DNA of 63,414 nt, filler included, from Stramenopiles sp. TOSAG23-3 (lineage: Eukaryota), in NCBI GenBank assembly GCA_900128585.1. It is 11 parts of 11 records of this genome, joined end to end, with 100 filler letters (N's around TTAATTAATTAA, not from the genome) between each part and the next. Parts side by side here need not be neighbours in the genome. Positions count along the whole stretch, not along the records: positions 40,495 to 46,159 come from LT643460.1; positions 46,260 to 51,915 come from LT643461.1; 9 more parts are not named here. One strand, 5' to 3'. Positions 40,778 through 51,048 of the stretch are shown here, in pieces. Each line of letters starts with the position of its first letter. Positions within the stretch are counted from its first letter, which is position 1. Made by a program: the position numbers and the translations under genes. The notes under the pieces are model-generated. The model did no database searches. It saw only the letters and a list, made by a program, of their open reading frames with translations, and was not told where the DNA came from.

Positions 40778-42814
40778 ATGGGAAAGCACGGAGGTAACCA
40801 TGGCAGGGGGCCGAGTCAACGGAAGTCGTCCCGCAGGGTTGCCGGGCGGGTCAAAAAGAAGAGCGTCAAGTCGCGCGCCATTCTAGGCTCTACACGGCGG
40901 CTGGCAACGTTCGGGAAGGAGCAGAAGAAGGGGTACCGCGGCATCTCCTCCCACTACATGAGCCGAACGCGCGCTGTAAATAACCTGCAGATAACGCTGA
41001 AAGACTTTCGGCGGCTGTGCATCCTGAAAGGGATCTACCCGCGCGACCCGGACGGCCTGAAGAAGCCCAACGGGAAGCATCAGACGTTCTACCATGTCAA
41101 GGACATCTCCTTTCTTGCTCACGAGCCGTTGCTGAAAAAATTTCGCGACTTCAAGTCATTCGCGAAGAAGTTTGCCCGCCTGGCAGGGAAGAAGATGGAG
41201 TCCGAGGCCGAGCGCCTGTGGGAGAACCGCCCGCAGTACACCCTCGAGCACCTCGTCAAGGAGCGGTACCCGCACTTCAACGACGCGCTCCACGACATGG
41301 ACGACGCCCTGTCGACGCTGTACCTGTACGCGTCGCTCCCGTCGAAGCGGCTGATATCGACGGACGATACGGCGCTCTGCACCCGCCTGGTCCGGGAGTG
41401 GGAAAAGTACATCGTCCTCTCGGGCGCGCTGCAGAGGGTGTTCGTCTCCGTCAAAGGGATTTACTACCAGGCCGTCGTCCACGGCGAGAGGGTGACCTGG
41501 CTGGTCCCGCACAAGTTCAACCAGTACATGCCGAAGGACGTAGACTTTCGCCTCATCAGCACGTTTTTGGAGTTCTACACGGTGGCCGCAAAGTTCGTCA
41601 TGTTCAAGCTCTACCACGAGCTCGGCCTAGTGTACCCGCCCAAGCTAGACCAGCAGCTGATCGACGAGGGCGCGCACCTGGTCGCCGTCGAGCCGGAGCG
41701 CATCGAAGACGCCAAACGGCGGGAGGCGCGGGAGGCCGCGACGGTAAAGGAGGCGGAGTCGGAGATTCAGAAGGCCAGCCGGGCGAGAATAGCGACTTTG
41801 CCCGCCCACCTGCTGGCGCCCAAGGGGGGGGAGGACGAGGACGAGGACGAGGCGGGCGGCGACGAGGACGAGGGGGAGGAAGGCATTTCCCCGGAATTTA
41901 AAGAAACGAAGGAGCTGAAGATGATAAAGAGCGCGGAAAGCAAGAGGGAGGAGCACGCCAAGCTCTTCTCCAACTTGCACTTCTTCGCGTCGCGCGAGGT
42001 GCCCAGGGAGTCCCTAGAGCTCTGCGTCACGTCGTTCGGGGGGGTCCTGGGGTGGGAAGGCGAAGGGAGCCCGTACGGCGCGGACGACAGGCGCATTACC
42101 CACTACATTTTCGACCGGCCAAATGTACAGCGCAAGTACACCGACAGGGAATACCTCCAGCCCCAGTGGGTCTACGACTCGATCAACGCCCAGCTGTGCC
42201 TGCCCGTTGCCCGGTACGAGTGCGGCGCGGCCCTGCCCCCTCACCTGTCGCCGTTTGTGAACGACCGCGAAGAGGGGTACATCCCAGAGTACCGCGAGGA
42301 ATTGGACAAGTTAAAGTCCGCCGCCCAAGACATAGAGGAAGCGAAGCGCTTGGAGGAAGACCACGAGGAGGACTCGGAGGACGAGCGGCAAGAAGAGCTC
42401 GCGTACGCCGAGGGCTTGAAGGCAGAGGAGAGCGGGATCAGCTACGCCAAGTATAGGAAAACCGCAAAGAAGAAGGGCGCGGAGAAGACTGCAGGGCAGG
42501 GAAAAGAGGACGAGGGGGAGGACAGTTCTGAGGAGGACAGCAATAGCAGCGAAGATAGCGACTCGGAGAGCGACGACGACGAGGGCGGCGTGGGCAGCAA
42601 GCGGAAAGTTAGCAAGGAGGCGATCGACCGGGCGGCGCGAAAGCGCAAGAAGGTGGAGGCCCAGAAAGAGCTGGAGAAGCAGCGTGCGATCGCCGTCATG
42701 CCGAAAAAGGCAAAACGGCTGTACGGTAGGATGCAGTATGGAATCGCGAAGAAGAAGGAAAAGATCGATAAACTCCACAAGAAGCGCAACGATGCCAAGT
42801 CGAAAAGCAAGTGA
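40778..42814 (+). CDS. PES1: Pescadillo homolog (PeBoW complex, BRCT domain)
   Basis: DFRRLCILKGIYPRDP, LEHLVKERYP, YLQPQWVYDSIN, LPPHLSPFV, RLYGRMQYG. Confidence 0.97.
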   Translation: MGKHGGNHGRGPSQRKSSRRVAGRVKKKSVKSRAILGSTRRLATFGKEQKKGYRGISSHYMSRTRAVNNLQITLKDFRRLCILKGIYPRDPDGLKKPNGKHQTFYHVKDISFLAHEPLLKKFRDFKSFAKKFARLAGKKMESEAERLWENRPQYTLEHLVKERYPHFNDALHDMDDALSTLYLYASLPSKRLISTDDTALCTRLVREWEKYIVLSGALQRVFVSVKGIYYQAVVHGERVTWLVPHKFNQYMPKDVDFRLISTFLEFYTVAAKFVMFKLYHELGLVYPPKLDQQLIDEGAHLVAVEPERIEDAKRREAREAATVKEAESEIQKASRARIATLPAHLLAPKGGEDEDEDEAGGDEDEGEEGISPEFKETKELKMIKSAESKREEHAKLFSNLHFFASREVPRESLELCVTSFGGVLGWEGEGSPYGADDRRITHYIFDRPNVQRKYTDREYLQPQWVYDSINAQLCLPVARYECGAALPPHLSPFVNDREEGYIPEYREELDKLKSAAQDIEEAKRLEEDHEEDSEDERQEELAYAEGLKAEESGISYAKYRKTAKKKGAEKTAGQGKEDEGEDSSEEDSNSSEDSDSESDDDEGGVGSKRKVSKEAIDRAARKRKKVEAQKELEKQRAIAVMPKKAKRLYGRMQYGIAKKKEKIDKLHKKRNDAKSKSK

Positions 42815-42939
42815 GCTGCCGCAGGCACGTTTACAGAAATCAGTTATGACATATGATATCTTTTATTCAATTATATTCAACAACATCTCAAGATCTCAAG
42901 GATAATTTAAATTACAACTTGCCTGTTCTCAGGTTTATT

Positions 42940-43049
42940 AAAAACAAGAAAATTGGCTGCTTGTTTTTATTTTAAGTAATTGAAATTTAGCTTTCTCATA
43001 TACCGCGAAAATGGATTTACTCAACATTTGTCCACTAGAGGTTTACATT
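42940..43049 (-). repeat. Dispersed repeat family, copy C
   Basis: About 110 nt similar to 10059-10176 in the same orientation (e.g. TTTGTCCAyTAGAGGTTTACATT). Confidence 0.8.
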
Positions 43050-43111
43050 TAAAAATATTTTATGAATAAATACGAGCTTGACTTACATTACTATTATGTT
43101 CGTACTACCCA

Positions 43112-43609
43112 TCACTGTCGTCGTTTTGAACTCTCTTCTTCAATCAAGACGTCTAACAAAATGCTGGACCCAGTCTGCTCGACTCGGGAGTCACTTTTCC
43201 CGGGCTGCTGAGGTGCGACCACCGTTTCAGTGGTGGGTGGCACAATCTCGTGGGGCACGGACGACTTGGGCGAAGGCGAACCCTCCTGCTGCCCCCCTTC
43301 TACTGGCCTCACCACTGCGTCATTGCCCGCCAAAGGGTTGAACGCTTGCCGAAAGTTTCCAGCAGAGTACACTTCTCTTTTTATTTCTTCCAAGTCTTTC
43401 ATGCTCTGGTTTATTTCTGCCTGCATTTTTTGCAGCTCCGCGTTCTTGGTGGCACTGTTCACTTGGTCTTTCGTCTTTTGCAGGAAATTGACGGACCGGC
43501 CCAGCGATCGGCCGGCCCCACGGGCAACCTTTGGAAGGTCTCTACGCCCGATCAAAGCGACTGCTATCCCAAACGTAACAAGGACCTCTCCCATGCTAAT
43601 GTCAAACAT
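43112..43609 (-). CDS. TatA/B-family protein, mitochondrial TatB-like
   Basis: MFDISMGEVLV..ALIGRRDLPKVARGAGRSLGR: TM, hinge Gly and amphipathic helix typical of TatB. Confidence 0.85.
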   Translation of the reverse strand: MFDISMGEVLVTFGIAVALIGRRDLPKVARGAGRSLGRSVNFLQKTKDQVNSATKNAELQKMQAEINQSMKDLEEIKREVYSAGNFRQAFNPLAGNDAVVRPVEGGQQEGSPSPKSSVPHEIVPPTTETVVAPQQPGKSDSRVEQTGSSILLDVLIEEESSKRRQ

Positions 43610-43621
43610 TCTAAAACGTTT

Positions 43622-43891
43622 TTAGTAGAGAAACAGCACGTAAAACGCGGTCACAATGCAGGCTATTGAAAGGACGTAGTCAAACTGACCAGAAAGGGTT
43701 GCGACTAAACGTAGAGGCGCACCTTCTCCGACCAAGGCTTTGTTGACTTTTGGGACTCGGCGAATGTACACGGTAGAACACAAGAGTAGTAGCGCAAGCG
43801 CACAGACAATTGGGGCGTCAAGTATAGACTGGGTTGCAATTGATTCGGTTGTTGTTTCGGAAATTGTTCTCTCCTCAAACGTATCTGCCAT
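43622..43891 (-). CDS. Kish (TMEM167)-like small membrane protein
   Basis: LLLLCSTVYIRRVPKV resembles Kish LLxICTCxYI; C-terminal LSIACIVTAFYVLF. Confidence 0.7.
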   Translation of the reverse strand: MADTFEERTISETTTESIATQSILDAPIVCALALLLLCSTVYIRRVPKVNKALVGEGAPLRLVATLSGQFDYVLSIACIVTAFYVLFLY

Positions 43892-44655
43892 TTACTCCCC
43901 CTTTCAACAAAACGAAAACGTCGTCCGGCACGCCAGGAGTAAAAAAAGGAAACCTACGACAAACTTTGTTATTCGGCCTCCTGGGGTGAATACTCTACTT
44001 TATAACAACATACAAACAGAGACGTCGTCGCAGAGTACGAATGATTCTTCGATTCTTCTTTCTTTGTTCATACACAAGTTTTGATTCATTTTCAAATGAA
44101 AATTCACAAAAATTAATTATTACTCAACCAACGTCTCTTTCTTTTTTCTCTCCTCTTTCTTCTTCTTTTTTTTTTTTTTCTTCTTCTTCTTCTTCTTTTC
44201 TTCTTCTTTCTATTTTTTTTTCTTCTTCTTTATTATTATTATATTATTATTATAAAAAAAAAACAAAAAATATTATTTTATTATATTATTATTATAATAA
44301 TTTCCTGAGATTGATGCTGCTGTGTTATTGCTATCATAATACTATATATAATAAAAAACAATATTATTTTATTATTAATAAAAAATATCTTTTTTCTTTT
44401 TTTTCTACTTACTCCATTGTGTGTCCTCCTCTCTTCTTCTTCTTCTTCTTCTTCTTCTTCTTGAAGAACCTACTACTTTTTCTCTCCTTTGTTTATTAAA
44501 AAAAACTATACCATCAGTTTCCTCTGGAGAACTTCGAAAACGGACAGTTGACATTAATCCCATTATTTCGCTCACGCCCTTTAGATGATAATAACAATAA
44601 CAGCAAGAGCAAGCGATTTGAATTAAAAGCAAGGCACTTTAAAGAAAGGAAAAGA

Positions 44656-46050
44656 ATGTTGAGAGGGACTCTACGCCTTTGTGGAGCAGCAGTCACGGGT
44701 GCGGTGGCGTACTGGCACGCTGTCCCCGCTTGCGAGGAAGGGAAGGGTAGGACAACGCGGGTAGAAGCCGACATTTTGATACCGGGGCGGGGCCCACCGA
44801 TTAATAATGGTGTTGTTGTTATGAAGGGCAACAAGATTCTTTATGCCGGGCCGAGGGACCAAGCCCCGGCTTTAGGAAGTCACAGTTCCAACACTGTCTT
44901 GAAAGTTCCCTGTGTCATGCCAGGAATGTGGGACTGCCACGTCCACTTCATGGGCCTGCCTAACAACCCGCAAGGTGACATGATGGACTGCTTCATCAAA
45001 ACTCCCATAGAAGAACGTGCAGCTAGGTGTGTGATACACGCGCAAAAGGCCCTTGATGCAGGGTTCACGTCCGTCCGCGACGTTGGTGGCATGGGAGGTT
45101 ACATTAAGACGCTGGTGAACGGAAAGGAAATAAACGGTCCAAATATTTACAGTGCGTTCGACATACTTTCCATTACGGGTGGGCACGGGGACTTGAATCA
45201 GTTTCCTTCCGCCTGTATGGACCACTGCCATGGTCATGGGGGCAGTCTTTGCGACGGAAAGACGGAATGCTTAAAAAGCGTTCGGGCGCAGCTAAGAAAG
45301 GGTGCAGATTTGATCAAAGTTTGTGCAAGTGGCGGCGTCATGAGTGCAGGGGACAGCCCAATGCATCAACAGTTTTCAGACGAGGAGTTGAAGACCATTG
45401 TTGACGAGGCGGCACGTGGCGGTCGAATTGTGGCTGCACATTGCCATGGAACGGTCGGCATCCATGCTGCATTAAACGCTGGCTGCCGAACAATCGAGCA
45501 TGGCTCATATTTGGACGAAGCTACCGTTGATAAAATGGTCAAACAAAATGCTATCCTTGTCCCAACTCGGTGGATCATCGAGGAGCTGGTGGGCAGTATC
45601 GCGACAGGAGGGGATCGGCCGCCAGGTTTATCGGACGAGGCGTATGAGAAAGTGAACTTTATTTACAGGCGCCATTTGAAGAGTGTACGCCTTGCGCATC
45701 AGTCCGGGGTCACGATTGCAATGGGAACAGACATGTTTATTTCAAAGGCTTGGGGGAGAAATGGCGAGGAGTTGAAGTACTACGTCAACGATGTGGGAAT
45801 GACTGAGTTGGAAGCGATTGAAACCTGTACAGCGAACGGGCCGCTGACGCTCGCGGCGGGGGAAAGACAGGCGATGAAGAGCGGTCAGCTGGTGGAAGGC
45901 TACGACGCCGACGTTATAGCGTTGTCAAGCTCTCCGTTAGATGGGAACATCGATATTCTGGGAAACCCGGACAAAGTCATACTGGTAATAAAGGGGGGGG
46001 ACATTTTCAAGGACCGCGTTGGTCAAGAAATCAGTTCATTTTTAAATTAA
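44656..46050 (+). CDS. Metal-dependent amidohydrolase (Xaa-Pro dipeptidase/ochratoxinase-like)
   Basis: MPGMWDCHVH, AGFTSVRDVGG, IKVCASGGVMS, VAAHCHG, TIEHG, AMGTD, GYDADVIAL. Confidence 0.93.
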   Translation: MLRGTLRLCGAAVTGAVAYWHAVPACEEGKGRTTRVEADILIPGRGPPINNGVVVMKGNKILYAGPRDQAPALGSHSSNTVLKVPCVMPGMWDCHVHFMGLPNNPQGDMMDCFIKTPIEERAARCVIHAQKALDAGFTSVRDVGGMGGYIKTLVNGKEINGPNIYSAFDILSITGGHGDLNQFPSACMDHCHGHGGSLCDGKTECLKSVRAQLRKGADLIKVCASGGVMSAGDSPMHQQFSDEELKTIVDEAARGGRIVAAHCHGTVGIHAALNAGCRTIEHGSYLDEATVDKMVKQNAILVPTRWIIEELVGSIATGGDRPPGLSDEAYEKVNFIYRRHLKSVRLAHQSGVTIAMGTDMFISKAWGRNGEELKYYVNDVGMTELEAIETCTANGPLTLAAGERQAMKSGQLVEGYDADVIALSSSPLDGNIDILGNPDKVILVIKGGDIFKDRVGQEISSFLN

Positions 46051-46159
46051 TTAACCTTTTCTAAAATAATCATATATGGTGTATATGTATGATAACAGCC
46101 ATTCCTAATTTTAAGCTTCGTATATGATACACTCACCCGAGATTAAATTAACAGCCCCT

Positions 46160-46259
46160 NNNNNNNNNNNNNNNNNNNNNNNNNNNNNNNNNNNNNNNNN
46201 NNNTTAATTAATTAANNNNNNNNNNNNNNNNNNNNNNNNNNNNNNNNNNNNNNNNNNNN
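46160..46259. other. Artificial contig linker
   Basis: N44-TTAATTAATTAA-N44. Confidence 0.98.
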
Positions 46260-46260
46260 T

Positions 46261-46324
<64 letters not shown>

Positions 46325-46351
46325 ACTTTCTTTCTTTCGACTCTTTCTTTC
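46260..46351 (+). repeat. (TTTC)n microsatellite at contig edge
   Basis: Direct reading. Confidence 0.95.
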
Positions 46352-47037
46352 TTATTTATGATGACGACCGTCCTACCACCTACTATTCAGGTATAATAAG
46401 AGGAAGATAACAAATACACGGCGAGACTACATACATCTCCTTTAAATCTCAGATCGATCTCACAGACGAACAATTACGTAGACACTAATAATATAACAAT
46501 ACCAAGGTGAATAAGTAAAATAGTATCAGAATAGTATGACTATGACTTCTTCTTGTTCCAATTTGATTTCAAAAATAGTTAAAATTTTATTTATATTTAA
46601 TCCTTATTTAAATGTTATATACTATAGCTATTGTAGTCGTCTAATATAATTTAAATAGGAATAAAGATAATATGTTTATACAATACAATAAAACTATACT
46701 AATATAAAATAAATATACCTATATAATATAAGACGAGTATAGGAATTCAAAATATCTCAAAGGTATAATATATAGATGGAATAGTATAGGAATGTCCAAT
46801 ATTAATAATATGTATTCACAAGAGGAACTCAACATAGCAATATCAAAGAAAAGAAAGAGCAAGAAAAGAAAACAAGAAAGAAGTTTGCTCCTCCTCCTCC
46901 TCAAAAAAAAAATTAAAAAAAAAATGGAGAAAAAAAGAAAAAAAGAAAAAGGAAGAAAATAAGAAAAAATAATAATAATAAGAAGATGATGATGATGTGC
47001 GTGTATTAGCTATATAGTAAATAATAAAAAAATATAC

Positions 47038-47076
<39 letters not shown>

Positions 47077-47343
47077 AAAGTTATAAATAATAATAATAAT
47101 TTTTATAATATTGATAAACAAAAACACAAAATAAGGCTTTTCCTTATTCGTTCCATTTCTTCCTTTGTTTTTTCTTATTCTTCATAAACGTATATCTTCT
47201 TAGCAATACTAGTTGTGACGGATTGCCTTAAAATAGGTTCAATATTTGTGCTCTTACTTTGCGTGAGTGTTTGGTGCCTTAAAGAAAGGCGCAATCGCAG
47301 TTCCTTGGCGTTTGCATCCGGCAGGATCGTTTTGAATACAGGG

Positions 47344-49896
47344 ATGGAAGAAGCGTTGCGGTTGCACTTTGACGACTCGGATGATGAGCGGGACTATTAT
47401 TATTTTCATTTGTACGAACAGGAGCAGGGTGATTTGACCGAAAGCGAGACGGATTCGGAAGAAGATGAAGAGTCGCCGTTCTTTAACTGCGACTGCATTA
47501 AGCATAGGCAGAAAGACGTAATTCGAAGAAAGGGTCGTATCATTTTCGCCAAGGAAGGGTCCCAGCCAAAGTCTATTTTTGGGGCCCTTTGCACGTATAA
47601 ACTAGACGTTCACTTCGGCTTTGGTCCTGTCATAGGCGTGATTTTCGAGGCCGTATGCAAAGATCAGTCGATGGCGTCCTGCGCCGCGGTGCTGTTTCGG
47701 AGGATGGACCAGGCGTCGCAGTTTTTCCTAAGTCGGTTTGTACAAATATTGGAGGCCAACCGCCAGTACCACTACCGGGAAGGCAGTCTGGGAAAGCTCA
47801 GCGCGACGTATAAGACCAGGGAAGAGGCCATGGCAGCGAGCCAGCTGGACGAAGACATCATGTTTGGGCCAAAATTAGAGGACATGCTGCACAAGCAGCT
47901 TAAGAATGCCATCGCAATCTTCGCGGTGCAGGCAGGGATCGTGCAGATAGAGAAATCGCAGCGGGCAACGTGGAAACAGAAGCGGGAAATGTTGCACGCC
48001 CTGGTGTGGCAGAAAGCGGTGGATTGGTTCGAGCTGTGCGATTGCATGGATTGCTCAAAAGTTTTGGTGAGGACGATGGGGGAAAAACCTACGTGGGTTA
48101 GCATGTACAAGCGATCGATAGGAATTTTGAAGCTGTTCGGGTATTTGTATCTGGATGACCAGGTGGACGCGCACATGGTCGACTCGTACATGAATGACCT
48201 GTGCATCTTGGTGTGTGAATCGCTCGACTTGACCCATGACAGAACGCTCTTAAAGCACCAGAAGTGTGGGGCAATCTGGATCAACAACCTCGTCAATGCG
48301 CTTTTCACTCTCGTGGAAATCGTATGGCCGAAATTGGAGTTGTCCCGGCAGGAAAGGATCAGCGGTCTCCTGATTAGTTTGATAGGCTGCAAGGACACGA
48401 GGGTGTCCCAAGACTCTAAGCGCCGAGCGACGCAGCTGCAGCAGAGCTACGAGAAAGTGACGAAGCAGCTGTGGCAAGAAGAAGAGCAACGAAAGCTGGA
48501 GGAAAAGCAGAAGCAAAAGAGGCTGATAAAACAGCTGAAGAAGGCGACTAAGTTTATAGACAACCTCTTCAGTCCGACCAGGATAGGAAACCCCAAAACG
48601 CTTCAGGAAGCCAAAGACCGGTTCTTGGACAATTGGGAGAAGCACACAGTTCGGTTGTCGAAACGGCTGGAAGAGGTCACCGTTGAAATTTCGGCGTCGA
48701 AACACAAATGCATAAAGAAGTACGAGGCGATGAAACGGTGCAAAAAGGAGTTGATTGCGGCGTGCGCCATCGTTCGAAAGTGTGCCGATTACGCAAAGGA
48801 AGATGTGACAGAGGACACCCTGTTAATTCCGCCGTCGGGGGCCCTGGTGACCTTGGAGCCGCTCTTGGCTCGAGCGGACGACGCGGTTGGACGGCTTGAT
48901 GAGCTGGTGAATGGCGTCGATACCGCCATGGGGGCGCTGTCGAAAGCCTTTGAAGCGGGGGACATTTTTGAGTGCAAAGATGAGTTGGACCTCGTGGTGA
49001 GCTTGTACGATAGTAGCCTGCTGGTGGACAGCCTCATGCCGCAAGTTTCCTTGTCGAAATCCGTGATTGAAAAGTTAATGTCTGCCAGTTTTGGAAAAGC
49101 CATCGCGCTCGTGGATAAACTGCCACGGGCGTACACTGCACTTGCTACGCAAATTAGATTGTTAGACAAAGCGGTGCAAAAAATGGAAGATTTGCCCACG
49201 GTCCTGGGAAATGCAAAGAACAAGTTTGAAGAGCTGAAAGTGGACGATTCAAAGACCGCAAAGAAAAAGAAGAAACTATTGAAGCGGCAAGTTGAAAACA
49301 TTTCGAAAAGGGTGTCTGTTGTGGAATCTTGCGGGTTTTACCTCAAAATGCTCGAAGGCTTGCTGAAGGACAGCCAAGAGTCCGCGCGTTTAACCGAAGC
49401 AAAGGATCTGATGCAGACGCTTGCTTGTTTTGAATTTGACGAAACGGAAGCTGGTCTCATAAAGGCCGATAGGCAACAGCTTCGCCAGCTGCAACAACGA
49501 AAGCAATCGGATGAAAAACACGACGAAGATGATATTGAATATTCCAGCAATGGCTGCCAGGCCGACGGAATGGGACATGTGGTAAACGACGATATAGGGG
49601 AGGCACCTACGAAATCTGATGTGTACGACGACGAGAGAAAATCTTCCGCTGTGGCAAATAAGATCGAAAAAGAAGAGCTGAAGCGGCAACTGAAGTCAGG
49701 GCAAGCTTTTAGTAGCCTTGGTTTGAAAGTAGACGATATCTTTGACGAGTCCCTCTTTGACGACGAAGACGTTGATCCGGAAGGTCACGACGAGGTGGCC
49801 GCTTTTGCCGCCCGCTTGGGGTCATTTGGAGGAACAATTAGTCAAGAGAAAAAGATCAAAATTTCGTTGCCAGCAGGGGTGTTTAAAAACAATTGA
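47344..49896 (+). CDS. Hypothetical helical protein; possible divergent MIF4G-like domain, coiled coils, acidic C-terminal motif
   Basis: Long ORF; GILKLFGYLY..MV..YMNDL resembles MIF4G helices; C-terminal DVDPEGHDEVAAFAARL. Confidence 0.7.
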   Translation: MEEALRLHFDDSDDERDYYYFHLYEQEQGDLTESETDSEEDEESPFFNCDCIKHRQKDVIRRKGRIIFAKEGSQPKSIFGALCTYKLDVHFGFGPVIGVIFEAVCKDQSMASCAAVLFRRMDQASQFFLSRFVQILEANRQYHYREGSLGKLSATYKTREEAMAASQLDEDIMFGPKLEDMLHKQLKNAIAIFAVQAGIVQIEKSQRATWKQKREMLHALVWQKAVDWFELCDCMDCSKVLVRTMGEKPTWVSMYKRSIGILKLFGYLYLDDQVDAHMVDSYMNDLCILVCESLDLTHDRTLLKHQKCGAIWINNLVNALFTLVEIVWPKLELSRQERISGLLISLIGCKDTRVSQDSKRRATQLQQSYEKVTKQLWQEEEQRKLEEKQKQKRLIKQLKKATKFIDNLFSPTRIGNPKTLQEAKDRFLDNWEKHTVRLSKRLEEVTVEISASKHKCIKKYEAMKRCKKELIAACAIVRKCADYAKEDVTEDTLLIPPSGALVTLEPLLARADDAVGRLDELVNGVDTAMGALSKAFEAGDIFECKDELDLVVSLYDSSLLVDSLMPQVSLSKSVIEKLMSASFGKAIALVDKLPRAYTALATQIRLLDKAVQKMEDLPTVLGNAKNKFEELKVDDSKTAKKKKKLLKRQVENISKRVSVVESCGFYLKMLEGLLKDSQESARLTEAKDLMQTLACFEFDETEAGLIKADRQQLRQLQQRKQSDEKHDEDDIEYSSNGCQADGMGHVVNDDIGEAPTKSDVYDDERKSSAVANKIEKEELKRQLKSGQAFSSLGLKVDDIFDESLFDDEDVDPEGHDEVAAFAARLGSFGGTISQEKKIKISLPAGVFKNN

Positions 49897-50130
49897 ATAA
49901 TTCGTATGAATATTCAAAAAAAAGTGTGTGTTGAATAATGTGTAATTCGTTCCTATGATAGTTGCACGCTTCGCTTCGTACAAAAAAATACAAATGTATG
50001 TAAAAATTGTAAGTTCAGTTCAAAGAGCGAGAATATTTTTTACATTTAATTCTTGAATGATTTAGCTTTTTTTCTCTTTTAAAAAAACAATCCCACGCGC
50101 ACACCACAGGCTTTGCCCAACAAAGAAATT

Positions 50131-51048
50131 TTACTCCTTCTTCGGTTTCTTTTCTTTCTTCCAGCACGGGCAATAACGGTTAATTGCGAACCAAACGAAG
50201 AGGCAGAAGTAGGAGGCGTACATGATCAGCCCTGCCCGCCAATTTTCCCATGTTACGCTGCAGGTAGGGTCTTCCGTTTTAAACACATAAGTGTAGTAGC
50301 AAATCGTCACACCGACAAACATTTGAGAGATCTGGATGCTGGTAACGAAGAACGCACCGGGGGTTTTCCCTTTCGGATAGTAGTTTGACATGAAGTAATA
50401 CATGTACATGACGGCATGGACCGAATAGTTCATTGCGATGAACCACAGGCCTGCTGCATTCCGGGTTCCGTACGAATGCCAGCAGTAAAGCAACACGGTC
50501 ACGTGGTGGTACCAGTGCAGAAAAATCAGACGAGCCTTTATCAAAACGATAAACGCAGTGTCGAATAACTCTGGGACTTTCGAAAATATAAACAGCATTG
50601 TCCATAAGCCACAGGCCCCAAGGCCATAATCCCGCGCTGCTGGGTAGCACACGGTGTACTTAAAGCCGCGGTCGGGGTGCATTAGGCTATGAATTAAGTG
50701 CGGCACGGTTCTCGATGCCCCCCAAATGCTGAACAGGCTCAGACCGAGGTTCCACCACTTCCACACGGCCTTCACTTCGACCCGTTTCTTGTCCGCCATG
50801 TACGACTTTACCCCGAACACAAGCACTACATACAAAGTCACCAAAATGTAAGAAATGTGCATGTTGTCGCCTGCCCAAGACGAGGCTGGACCGCCTAGGT
50901 TGTACTCCCTCTCCCAATCAAACGGGTATAAGAATTTCAGAGAAGGGTAATGGTCAAACACTTGAATTAGTTTGTCACCGTTGTAGTTTTCCCCTACAAC
51001 AGGGAGATGGTCCCATGCATAATGGTCCGTATCAGGTGGATAAGCCAT
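50131..51048 (-). CDS. Fatty acid elongase (GNS1/SUR4/ELO family)
   Basis: FIFSKVPELFDTAFIVL, IFLHWYHH, MNYSVHAVMYMYY, TSIQISQM, KKxKKE ER-retention tail. Confidence 0.96.
   Translation of the reverse strand: MAYPPDTDHYAWDHLPVVGENYNGDKLIQVFDHYPSLKFLYPFDWEREYNLGGPASSWAGDNMHISYILVTLYVVLVFGVKSYMADKKRVEVKAVWKWWNLGLSLFSIWGASRTVPHLIHSLMHPDRGFKYTVCYPAARDYGLGACGLWTMLFIFSKVPELFDTAFIVLIKARLIFLHWYHHVTVLLYCWHSYGTRNAAGLWFIAMNYSVHAVMYMYYFMSNYYPKGKTPGAFFVTSIQISQMFVGVTICYYTYVFKTEDPTCSVTWENWRAGLIMYASYFCLFVWFAINRYCPCWKKEKKPKKE

Noticed and set aside
41017-42828. Several long overlapping ORFs within PES1
   Set aside because: Expected from high GC3 codon bias; no recognisable motifs
44041-44499. Phe/Ser/Tyr-rich ORFs here and at 470-821, 46719-47127 and 55487-55896
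   Set aside because: Translations of AT-rich simple repeats
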